DNA of 64,000 nt from Nibricoccus sp. (GTDB taxonomy: Bacteria > Verrucomicrobiota > Verrucomicrobiia > Opitutales > Opitutaceae): positions 1,440,001 through 1,504,000 of the forward strand of contig JASGHG010000001.1 in NCBI GenBank assembly GCA_047602425.1. Reading direction: 5' to 3'. The notes under the pieces were generated by a model. The model saw only the letters and a program-made list of their open reading frames with translations, had not been told where the DNA came from and did not search any database. This document shows, piece after piece, positions 1 to 9,200 of the stretch. Each line of letters starts with the position of its first letter. The first letter of the stretch is position 1. A program made the translations under genes and the position numbers.

Positions 1-436
1 AACCGAATTTGTTTTCCGCCCCCTTCCCCGTTGGGAAACCAGTGCGACTTACACTTACATCGACGCCTATAACCGCAATGCCGATGGGACTACTCCTCCT
101 GCCGAGATGACCCCGCACCACGCTGTCAGCCTCTATTCGCGCTACACCTTCACCCACGGCCCTCTCGCAAAATGGTCCTGCCGCCTTGGCTACATCTGGC
201 AGAGCGAACGCGTCGGGGGCTCCTCCTCGCCGACCGCCACCGCGCCCGATCCGCTCATCCTGCGCAGCTTTTACCGCATCGACGCTGGCGTCTCGCGCAA
301 GTGGCAGCATTGGAACGTCGCCCTCAATATCGAGAATCTCACCGACAAATACTATCTGCTCTCCGGCGCCACCGGCGTCGCCATGAGCCCGGTCAGTCCA
401 CGTTCCCTGGCCCTGCGCGTTGGTTATAGCTGGTAA
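1..436 (+). CDS. TonB-dependent outer-membrane receptor, C-terminal part (5' truncated by window)
   Basis: Beta-barrel-type C-terminus (YRIDAGVS..WNVALNIENLTDKYY..PRSLALRVGYSW) ending in an aromatic residue; lies upstream of PepSY-TM and AraC genes. Confidence 0.85.
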   Translation, partial: TEFVFRPLPRWETSATYTYIDAYNRNADGTTPPAEMTPHHAVSLYSRYTFTHGPLAKWSCRLGYIWQSERVGGSSSPTATAPDPLILRSFYRIDAGVSRKWQHWNVALNIENLTDKYYLLSGATGVAMSPVSPRSLALRVGYSW

Positions 437-472
437 AAGCCGGCCGGTCCGCGCAACTCCGTCTTCTCCTCC

Positions 473-1834
473 ATGCTTCGCAAAACGTTTTTTTGGCTCC
501 ACCTCGCCGCCGGTCTCATCGCCGGCCTCGTCGTCGCCGTGATGTCTTTCACCGGTGCAGCCATTGCCTTCGAAAAAGAACTCGTTGCCTGGGCCGAAAG
601 CGATGCCCGGCGCGTCACACCACTCGCGGAAATCTCAAATTCAAAATCTCAAAGCCCAAATCCTGAATCCGCTTCAGGCGCAGCACCTGACGCTCAAAAC
701 CGCGAATCAAAAAGCGAGAATCAAAAATCTCAACGCGTCCCTCTCGCCGACCTGCTGGCCCGTGCGCGAGAAAAGGAACCCGAAACACGCCCCACCGCCA
801 TAACTATTTCCGCCGATCCAGCTGCGGCTACCGCGATCACCTTCGGTCGCGACAACGTGTATTACGCCAATCCCTACACGGGCGAACTACGCAAACCCGC
901 CAGCACGCGCATGCATGATTTTATCCATGTCATGGAACGCTGGCACCGCTTCCTCGGTTTCGCCGGCGAAAACTCGCGTCCCATCGGTAAAGCCGTCACT
1001 GGCGCCTGCAATCTCGCTTTTTTCTTCCTCGCCGTCAGCGGTCTCTACCTTTGGTGGCCGCGGAGTTGGTCGTGGCGCGGGCTCAAAGCCGTTGCGGTTT
1101 TCAACTTCCGCCTGCTCGGCAAAACCCGTGACTTCAATTGGCACAACTCCGTTGGCCTCTGGACTGCACCTTTCCTCATCGTGCTCACGCTCACCGCTGT
1201 GCCGATTTCCTACCGCTGGGGCAACAATCTCGTCTACCGTCTGACCGGAAACGAACCACCTGCTCAGGGCCAAGGCGCCGGGCCCGCCGCCACCGGACCC
1301 GCCGTAACCGTTCCAGCTCCCGAACCCGGCGCCCGGTCCCTCGGCAACGATGCGATTCTCGCGTCCGTACAAGCTGCCAATCCCGGCTGGACCGATATCA
1401 CTTTCCGTCTCGGCAATGCGCGCGGCATGGGCGGCAACCAACGCCGCGAAGGACAGCCTGCTGGCGAAAATCGTCCCGCGCCGTCTGAAACCTCGAATTC
1501 CAAAGCTCAAATTCCAAATTCGCCGGGCGAGCAACGTCCGCGCGGCCCGCAAGCCGTCAACGTCACTGTTCGCACCGCCGACCAGTGGCCGTTGTTTTCC
1601 ACGACCACGCTTTCGCTCGATCCGTTCACAGGCGCCGTCCTGAAAAAAGAAGTATTCGCGGACCAAAACGCCGGCCGCCGCCTCCGCTCGTGGACACGCT
1701 TCCTCCACACGGGCGAAGCGCTCGGTTTCATCGGCAAACTTCTCGCCACCTCCGCTTGCCTCGGCGCGCTCGTTCTCTGCTGGACCGGCTTCGCTCTTTC
1801 GTGGCGCCGTTTTTTCTCGCGCCGCAGCGCCTGA
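473..1834 (+). CDS. PepSY-associated TM helix domain protein (iron-regulated membrane protein)
   Basis: N-terminal FWLHLxxGL..SFTG, internal WHR and FNWHNSVG, C-terminal FLHTGE motifs. Confidence 0.9.
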   Translation: MLRKTFFWLHLAAGLIAGLVVAVMSFTGAAIAFEKELVAWAESDARRVTPLAEISNSKSQSPNPESASGAAPDAQNRESKSENQKSQRVPLADLLARAREKEPETRPTAITISADPAAATAITFGRDNVYYANPYTGELRKPASTRMHDFIHVMERWHRFLGFAGENSRPIGKAVTGACNLAFFFLAVSGLYLWWPRSWSWRGLKAVAVFNFRLLGKTRDFNWHNSVGLWTAPFLIVLTLTAVPISYRWGNNLVYRLTGNEPPAQGQGAGPAATGPAVTVPAPEPGARSLGNDAILASVQAANPGWTDITFRLGNARGMGGNQRREGQPAGENRPAPSETSNSKAQIPNSPGEQRPRGPQAVNVTVRTADQWPLFSTTTLSLDPFTGAVLKKEVFADQNAGRRLRSWTRFLHTGEALGFIGKLLATSACLGALVLCWTGFALSWRRFFSRRSA

Positions 1835-1844
1835 CTTTCGCGCC

Positions 1845-2765
1845 GTGATTGTGGAGCCTCAAGCGGCCAACTTCGACGAACCACGTGATAAGTCTAACTA
1901 TCGCAGTCAGACTTTGCGCCCCGGCCTCTGGATGCATTGGGGGCTTACTGATGGAAATCCCCTTGCGATTCCTCTGACAAAAAACGACGCCGCGTTTTTC
2001 ACTTTTTTCCTCTGGGAAAATTGGAAATCCGAAGCCCAATTTTCTGAAAAGGAAAATGTTGCAGCGGCTTCATCTTCGCCGGGCCGCATGCTTTTTTTTA
2101 GCGCAGGGGTTACGCCTCCACACCATGCAGTTCAGTCAGCGGCCTTTCATGTTACTCTCATCGCGAATCAAAGTGTATTGAACGATCTGCTTGCGGACGA
2201 TGGGGCCGACAACTTTGCCCAAGTGCAGCTCCTGACTGCGCAAAACGAATCTCGCCCCCTCAAGCTCGATCTCAGTTCCGCGGCTCGTTTCAACCTCGAA
2301 TCCATCCGCCGCTGTCCTTTCGCCGGTGCGTGCCGGGAACTTGCGCTTGCCGCTCGCGGCCTCGATTTGCTCGCGAATTTCATCACCGCTCTCGATGAAG
2401 AGCGCCATCGGGCAATGCCGCTCCACAGCCCGCTCGATCACACCCTCGGGCAGGTCCGCGCCGCCGCAGCCCGCCTGCAGGCCAATCTCGAACACCCGCC
2501 TTCCCTCGCCGAACTCGCGGGCGCCGTCGGCTTGAGCGAATCGACTCTCAAACGCGGTTTTCACCAACTTTATCAAACCACGCCCTTCGGTTATCTCCGC
2601 GCCTGTCGGCTGGAGCATGCCCGGGAACTACTCGCCACCGGTAAAGCCACGGTGCTTGAGGCCGCAGCCTATGTCGGATACAGCAATCCCAGCAATTTCG
2701 CCGCCGCCTTTCGCACGCGGTTCGGGGTGAATCCGAAGACCTTTCAGATGTCGGCACGCCGTTGA
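1845..2765 (+). CDS. AraC-family transcriptional regulator (PchR/YbtA-like)
   Basis: C-terminal PSLAELAGAVGLSESTLKRGF...VGYSNPSNFAAAFRTRFGVNP double HTH. Confidence 0.9.
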   Translation: MIVEPQAANFDEPRDKSNYRSQTLRPGLWMHWGLTDGNPLAIPLTKNDAAFFTFFLWENWKSEAQFSEKENVAAASSSPGRMLFFSAGVTPPHHAVQSAAFHVTLIANQSVLNDLLADDGADNFAQVQLLTAQNESRPLKLDLSSAARFNLESIRRCPFAGACRELALAARGLDLLANFITALDEERHRAMPLHSPLDHTLGQVRAAAARLQANLEHPPSLAELAGAVGLSESTLKRGFHQLYQTTPFGYLRACRLEHARELLATGKATVLEAAAYVGYSNPSNFAAAFRTRFGVNPKTFQMSARR

Positions 2766-2770
2766 GGAGA

Positions 2771-2812
2771 TGAACCCTGACAGGTGGAAATTGATCCTGC
2801 CCGGGTGGAAAT
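2771..2812 (+). promoter_or_regulatory. Candidate AraC-type operator (two half-sites 21 bp apart)
   Basis: TGAACCCTGACAGGTGGAAAT followed by TGATCCTGCCCGGGTGGAAAT; the motif recurs at 3309-3350. Confidence 0.5.
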
Positions 2813-2873
2813 CTGCGGATCATATTTGCGATACTCGGGGTGAAAAAGGGAGCCTATCCAATCAACATCTGCC

Positions 2874-3206
2874 ATGTCCTCACGCATCATCCCGGTTTCG
2901 ACCGATGCCATTCACTGCGAAATCGTTTCGCCGACCGCCTCCTATGCCGCGGTGCTCGCCGAAGCCGCCGCAGCTTGCGCCAACGATCAGGAACTTCCCG
3001 TCCTCGTTCAAACGCTGCGCATTGGCTTGCGCGGATCGAAGCAAGGCCCCTCGCTCACCTTGCACCTTCCTCCGTCGCTCGGCGAGATGCAGCACCATGT
3101 CTGGTGCATGGCTTGCCAGCTTATCGCCGTCTGCCCGGGCGCCCGGGTCAGCGTGCTCATTCGCGGACGCAACGCCTATCTTCCGTCCACACCTTCCTTG
3201 TCGTGA
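2874..3206 (+). CDS. Hypothetical protein with HHxWCxxC motif
   Basis: 110-aa ORF co-oriented within the iron cluster, downstream of the candidate operator. Confidence 0.55.
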   Translation: MSSRIIPVSTDAIHCEIVSPTASYAAVLAEAAAACANDQELPVLVQTLRIGLRGSKQGPSLTLHLPPSLGEMQHHVWCMACQLIAVCPGARVSVLIRGRNAYLPSTPSLS

Positions 3207-3292
3207 AAACGCAGGTCCAGGAAAACACCCTTTTTGCCTGCTGCGTCGTCGCCGCGCTCTGCGTTCTATTTTTGTTTCTCGCCTTGCTCTGA
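3203..3292 (+). CDS. Small single-TM peptide (29 aa)
   Basis: GTG start overlaps the upstream stop (GTGA); MKTQVQENTLFACCVVAALCVLFLFLALL. Confidence 0.4.
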   Translation: MKTQVQENTLFACCVVAALCVLFLFLALL

Positions 3293-3308
3293 GCGAAACA
3301 AACCCGGC

Positions 3309-3350
3309 TGACCGCCAGCAGATGTTTTTTGACCGCGCCCGGGTGGAATC
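3309..3350 (+). promoter_or_regulatory. Second candidate AraC-type operator
   Basis: TGACC at 3309 and 3330 (21-bp spacing); TGACCGCGCCCGGGTGGAATC closely matches 2792-2812. Confidence 0.5.
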
Positions 3351-3469
3351 TCCGTACCCGATCATGGGATACTGGGCAGCTCTTCATGAAACGACGCCAC
3401 GCTTTAGTCCTGTTTAATGCCCCATCCACCTTTCTCATGATCGCCAATCGGAAACTTTAACCAGCCTTC

Positions 3470-4552
3470 ATGCGCAAGCGTCTCTGGCAAATCCATTCCT
3501 GGCTCGGCTTGATCACCGGCCTCGGGCTGCTCGTCATCGGTTTGACGGGCAGCCTGCTCGTTTTTCATGAAGAACTCGAAATGCTCGTAAATCCCGGCCT
3601 AGTCCGGGTCGAACCAACCGCCACCGGCCGCCTGCCGCTCGACACGCTGCTGGCCGAAGCCCAACGCCAGCTTCCCGATCACGAAATCACCGGCTGGCTT
3701 CCGCAATACGACGCGCCCCGGCTCGCGGACGTGCTCTACGTCATCCGCCACGGCGAAAACGAGTGGCTGGTCGCCACGCTCGATCCGTACACCGGCCGCT
3801 TGCTCGCCTCGCCGCGGCTCGGCACGCAGACATTGACGGGATGGCTGCTCGATTTGCACTACGAGTTTTTCGCCGGCAATACCGGGCTCTTCATTGCCGG
3901 GCTTTTCGCAGTCGCGCTCTGCCTGCTCGGCATCTCGGGCGTTTGGATCTATCGTGAGTTTTGGAAAAATTTCCTGACGCTGCGCTGGCGGCGGGGCGCG
4001 CGGCTTCTATTTTCCGATTTGCACAAGTTCGTCGGCATCAGTTCCGCCGCGTTTAACCTCCTGCTTGGCTTTACCGGAGCGTACTGGAATCTCACGCATG
4101 TAATCGGCCATTGGATTAATGGCGATCCGCCGCAGCCCCGGATCGAAAGCCGCCTCTATGCCGGCTCGCTCTCGCTCGACAGCCTTGCCCGCGACGCCGC
4201 CACGCGTTTTCCCGGTTTTCGTGCCAACTTTATTTCTCTTCCGAGCGATCCGGCCGCGCCGTCGCTCACGTTCTGGGGCACAAACGAACCACGCGGTCCA
4301 CTCACAAGCCCGTATGGCAGCATGGTCGTTTACGATCCCCAGACCAACGCGCATAAAGCCACGATTGATCTTCGCGCGGCCGGGCTTTGGAGACGCATCG
4401 TCGATACGTTCGCCCCTTTGCATTATGGCACTTTCGGCGGACTTCCGATAAAGATTCTCTGGTGTCTGGGCGGCCTCGCCCCGGGCATTCTCGCGGTGAG
4501 CGGTTTCGTCATCTGGAGACTGCGGAAAAATGTCCTGAACGCCCGCGCCTGA
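3470..4552 (+). CDS. PepSY-associated TM helix domain protein
   Basis: WQIHSWLGL..GLTGSLLVF, LLDLH, SDLHKFVG, PLHYGTFGG motifs. Confidence 0.9.
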   Translation: MRKRLWQIHSWLGLITGLGLLVIGLTGSLLVFHEELEMLVNPGLVRVEPTATGRLPLDTLLAEAQRQLPDHEITGWLPQYDAPRLADVLYVIRHGENEWLVATLDPYTGRLLASPRLGTQTLTGWLLDLHYEFFAGNTGLFIAGLFAVALCLLGISGVWIYREFWKNFLTLRWRRGARLLFSDLHKFVGISSAAFNLLLGFTGAYWNLTHVIGHWINGDPPQPRIESRLYAGSLSLDSLARDAATRFPGFRANFISLPSDPAAPSLTFWGTNEPRGPLTSPYGSMVVYDPQTNAHKATIDLRAAGLWRRIVDTFAPLHYGTFGGLPIKILWCLGGLAPGILAVSGFVIWRLRKNVLNARA

Positions 4553-4578
4553 CTCGGTTAATTTCCAAACGCGTTCGT

Positions 4579-5031
4579 TCAAATATCGATCACGTCGTCG
4601 CCTGAACTGCGCTTCGGCTGGCTTTCACCGCGAGGCGCACTCGGGCCCGGTCCGCGCGGAGGGCGGTTGCCGCGCAAAAGTTGGCTGACAATCATGTTGG
4701 TCACGCCCACCACGAGCGCGCCACCCAGCGCCGGCCAAAAGCCATCGACGACGAAACCTTCCACAATTTTTCCCACCAGATAAAAAAGCCCGGCATTGAT
4801 CACGATCAAACCCACGCCCAAGCTCAACACGATGAATGGCAGCGTGAAGAAAACCAGCAGCGGCTTCAGGATGGCGTTGAAAAACGTCAGCATTGCCACG
4901 ACACAAAAGAGCGTGAACGCACCATCGCAGCGAATCCCAGGAATAATCTTCGTCGACAGCGCCACGCCCAAGGCCAGCACCGACCAGCGCACGAACATTT
5001 GAAGCAACGGATGTTTCATCGAAGGCCTCAA
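4579..5031 (-). CDS. Phage holin superfamily IV / YvlD-like 4-TM membrane protein
   Basis: NAILKPLLVFFTLP..LSLG..LIVINA..GFVVDGFWPALGGAL pattern; tail DDVIDI. Confidence 0.8.
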   Translation of the reverse strand: MRPSMKHPLLQMFVRWSVLALGVALSTKIIPGIRCDGAFTLFCVVAMLTFFNAILKPLLVFFTLPFIVLSLGVGLIVINAGLFYLVGKIVEGFVVDGFWPALGGALVVGVTNMIVSQLLRGNRPPRGPGPSAPRGESQPKRSSGDDVIDI

Positions 5032-5057
5032 CTGTCACCCCTACGCCGCCCGGAGCA

Positions 5058-6140
5058 ATGAAAATTCTTATCGTTCAAGACCATCTCCGCAGTGGTGGCA
5101 CCGAGCGCCAATCCGTTCTTCTCGCCAATGCCTTCGCGGCCGCCGGCCATGCCGTCACGCTTCTCAACTTCCGTCCCGGCGGCGCCCTCGCCGATACCGC
5201 GGCGGCCACAGTCGGGCGAATCGTACTCCAACCATTCGATACCGGCATGGACTGGTTTGCGCCGGGGATTTTCCGCCAAGCTCGCCGCGCCCAACCCGAC
5301 ATCGTCCTTTGCATGGGCCGCATGGCCAATTGCTACGCCGGGGGATTGCAAAAACACCTGCCGAACACCGCTGTTCTTGCCACGATGCGCACGGGGAAAA
5401 AACTTCCGTGGCTTTTCCGCCGCTCGCTCCGCCTCGTTCGTGCTGTCGTCGCCAACAGCCACGAGGCCAAGGCCAATCTCATCGTCCACTACGGCGCCAC
5501 AGAGGAAAAAATCGCCGTTATCCATAATTCGCTGATTTTTCGCCCCACCCCAGCCGCTGAAGTTCGCGACCAGCTGCGCCGCCAACATGGCGCGACCGAA
5601 AAAACATTCGTGCTGCTCTGCGTCGCAATGTTTCGCCCGGAGAAGAATCAGCGCGAACTCGTCGAAATCGCCGCACAACTTCCGGCAACGTCGGACTGGC
5701 AACTCTGGCTTGCAGGCGACGGCGAAGCCCGCGCGGCCTGCGAGAGTCTGGCCAAGCAAAAAAATCTTGGCGCGCGGGTGAAATTTCTCGGCTGGCAACG
5801 CGACCCTTCATCGCTTTACGCCGCCGCAGACATCGCCGTGCATGCTTCGTGGAGCGAGGCGTTGTCGAATTTCCTGATCGAAGCCCAGGCTGCCGGCTTG
5901 CCCGTCGTCGCCTACAAAGCCCAGGGCATTGCCGAAAGCTGCCTGCCCGGCGAAACCGGTTTCATCCTTCCGCGCAACGATCGCGCTGCCTTCTGCGACA
6001 AACTCGCAGCCCTCGCCCACGCACCCGAAAACGAACGGGCGTCACGTTCGGAGCATGCCCGAGCTTACGCCCGCGAAACGTTCGACCACGATCGTCAGGT
6101 CGCGCGCTATCTGGCCCTTTTCGAGGACCTGCACAAATAA
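5058..6140 (+). CDS. Glycosyltransferase family 4
   Basis: GGTERQ N-terminal motif, KNQ, EALSNFLIEAQAAGLPVV (EX7E). Confidence 0.9.
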   Translation: MKILIVQDHLRSGGTERQSVLLANAFAAAGHAVTLLNFRPGGALADTAAATVGRIVLQPFDTGMDWFAPGIFRQARRAQPDIVLCMGRMANCYAGGLQKHLPNTAVLATMRTGKKLPWLFRRSLRLVRAVVANSHEAKANLIVHYGATEEKIAVIHNSLIFRPTPAAEVRDQLRRQHGATEKTFVLLCVAMFRPEKNQRELVEIAAQLPATSDWQLWLAGDGEARAACESLAKQKNLGARVKFLGWQRDPSSLYAAADIAVHASWSEALSNFLIEAQAAGLPVVAYKAQGIAESCLPGETGFILPRNDRAAFCDKLAALAHAPENERASRSEHARAYARETFDHDRQVARYLALFEDLHK

Positions 6141-6159
6141 CCGCCGGGTTCAATCGTGT

Positions 6160-6187
6160 GTCTCCTGACACCGTTATGTCAGGAGAC
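6160..6187. other. Perfect 11-bp inverted repeat between the GT4 gene and uvrA
   Basis: GTCTCCTGACA-CCGTTA-TGTCAGGAGAC; no U-tract. Confidence 0.5.
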
Positions 6188-6247
6188 TTCCGTTCTCGTG
6201 AGCGCGCAGTTGAATTCCGCGCCAAACCGCGCATCTCTGTCGGCTCC

Positions 6248-9200
6248 GTGGTCAAATCCGTTCCATCCTCCGCCAAGCCCGAATGCATCCGCCTGCGCGG
6301 TGTACGTCAGAATAATCTTAAGGGCTTCGATCTCGATCTGCCGCTCGGCCAATATGTCGTCGTCACCGGCCTGAGCGGCGCGGGCAAATCCTCGCTCGTC
6401 TTCGACACGCTCCACGCCGAGGGACAGCGCCGCTACGTCGAAACTTTCAGCGCCTACACCCGTCAGTTTCTCGAACTACTCAACAAGCCCAAAGTCGATT
6501 CGATCGAAAACATTCGCCCTTCAATCGCGATCGAGCAGACCAACACGGTTAAGACATCGCGCTCCACCGTCGGGACGATGACAGAGCTGACCGATTTCTT
6601 TAAAGTGTGGTTCAGCCATGTCGCCGAATGTTTCGACCCCGAGACTGGCGAAAAAGTCGAGGATGACACCCCGCAAACCGTCTGGGAAAAAACGTTCGCC
6701 AATCATGCCGGCCAGACCCTCATTGTCGCCTTCAAAATCGAAAAGCCGGCCAACCTCGCCTGGCCCGAAATCCTTACCAATCTCAAGGGACAAGGTTACA
6801 GCCGCGTGCTTCTGCCCGCAGCCCATGACAACATTTCAGCCCAACGTATCGACGATCTACTCTCTCCCCAATCCCCCATAACCCATCACCCATCACCTTT
6901 CCTCTTCGTCGCGCAGGATCGCATCCCCATCCAAACGCCGAATAAGCCCCGTTTCCTCGAAGCCGTTGAGACCGCCCTGCATTTCGGCCATGGCGAAGTC
7001 CACCTCTTCGCCTCAACCGACAACTCTTCAACTTCCTCCCTTCAACCTCAACTCGTGCCCGTAGGGCACCATTCGCGCGGTCTGCATTCCCCCAAAACCG
7101 GCCGCACGTTCCGCGCCGCCACTCCTGCGCTTTTTTCCTTCAACTCTCCGCTCGGCGCCTGTCCGCAATGCCGCGGTTTCGGCCGCGTCATCGAAATTGA
7201 CTACCGCCTCGCCATCCCGGACCAATCCGTTTCGATCGATGATGGCGCGATCAAATGCTGGGAAGGCGAGGTCTACGGCGAATCGAAAAAGGACCTCCTG
7301 ACCTTTGCGAAAAAGAAAAAAATCCCGACCCACATTCCTTTTGCTGCGCTGACGCCCAACCAAAAGACCTACATCATCGACGGCGAACCTGGGTATGGCG
7401 CCGAGGGCAAGGAATGGCCCCGCGCTTGGTACGGCCTTAAGGGATTTTTCCGCTGGCTCGAGAAAACCACTTACAAGATGCATGTGCGCGTCTTCCTCTC
7501 GCGCTTCCGTGCTTACAATGTTTGCCCCGCCTGCTCCGGCCAGCGCCTCCAACCCGAAGCCCTCTGCTGGAAATGGCAGGGCCGCACCCTTCCCGAACTC
7601 TACCAGCTCCCAGTCGGCGATCTGCTCGCACTCCTCACCAACCCGGAAGTTTGTCATCTATTAAACTACAAATCTTCTGCTACCGCCAACATCCACCAAC
7701 GTGACCTCGCCTACGATTCCATTGTCACGCGGCTCCGTTATCTCGCTCAGGTCGGTCTCGATTACCTGACGCTCGACCGCTCGTCAAAAACGCTCTCCGG
7801 CGGCGAAGTCGAACGCGTTAACCTCACCTCCTGCCTCGGCACTTCCCTCGTCGACACGCTCTTCGTTCTCGACGAACCCAGCGTCGGCCTGCACCCACGC
7901 GATATCGACCGCCTAATTGCGATCATTCGTTCGCTCACCGATGCCGGCAACACCGTCGTCGTGGTCGAACACGACGAAGCCATGATCCGCGCGGCCGACC
8001 ACGTCATCGAGGTCGGTCCCGAGCCCGGCGGTCGCGGAGGTCACATCGTTTTTCAAGGCAATGTCGGCGAAATGCTTTGTTCCCGCGGCAGCATCACCGG
8101 CGCGTATTTCTCAGGGCGCCAAACCATCGAGACACCTGCCAAGCGCCGCTCCGTCTCCGCACGGCATCCGGCCCTGCATTTTAAAAACGTCTCCAAGCAC
8201 AATATCGCCGGCCTTTCCTTCGATCTGCCCTTGCAACGTCTCGTGTGCTTGTCGGGCGTATCTGGTTCGGGCAAATCCACCCTGCTCGACAACGTGATCC
8301 ATCAAGGGCTGCTCGCGCAAAAACAGCAGCTCACCGAAGACCCCGCCCAGATCGAATCCATAACCAGCGATCTTCCGTTTTCAGAAATTATTCTCGTCGA
8401 TCAGTCCCCGCTCAGTCGAACTCCGCGCTCGAATCCCGCACTCTATACGGAGGCGTGGGACCTCATCCGTGAACTTTACGCCCAAACTCCCGTCGCCCAG
8501 GAAGCGGGTTTCGGACCTTCGAGTTTTTCCTTCAACAGCGGCGACGGTCGTTGCGACCATTGCCAGGGCCTCGGCTACGAACGCGTGGAGATGCAATTCC
8601 TCTCCGACGTCTTCGTTCCCTGCCCCGTTTGCGAAGGTGCGCGTTTCAAGCCCGACGTCCTCGCGATCAAATGGAACAACAAATCCATTGCCGACCTACT
8701 CGCCACGAGCGTCACCGATGCACTTCCTCTTTTCGCCGATCACGCCGCCATCCGCTCTCGTCTTTCCAGCCTGGAAGCCGTCGGCCTCGGCTACCTCACC
8801 CTCGGCCAACCGCTCAATACTCTCAGCGGCGGCGAATCGCAACGATTGAAACTGGTTCGGCACCTGAGCGCCCAGTTTTCCGATTCTGCAATTTCAAATT
8901 TCAACTCTCAAATTCCAGCACGCGCCCTCCTCCTCCTCGACGAACCGACCACCGGCCTTCATCGCCACGATGTGAAACGGCTGCTCGAAGCCCTGCATGC
9001 ACTCGTCGAGCGCGGCCACAGCGTCATCGTCATCGAGCACAATCTCGATGTGCTCAAATCTGCCGACTGGATCCTTGAAGTCGGCCCCGACGCCGGCGCC
9101 AACGGCGGCCGCATCGTGGCCGAAGGCACACCCGAAACCCTCGCCGCCTCCAAAACTGCCACCAGTCACTTCCTCCGCGTCGCCCTGAAAGAGAGTAACC

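Noticed and set aside
4579..5031. Holin-family gene as evidence of a prophage
   Set aside because: This family is commonly chromosomal, and there are no phage genes nearby.
6158..6171. GTGTC-TCCT-GACAC as a LexA box for uvrA
   Set aside because: It deviates from the TGTTC-N4-GAACA motif I recall for Verrucomicrobia and is better explained as part of the 6160-6187 hairpin.
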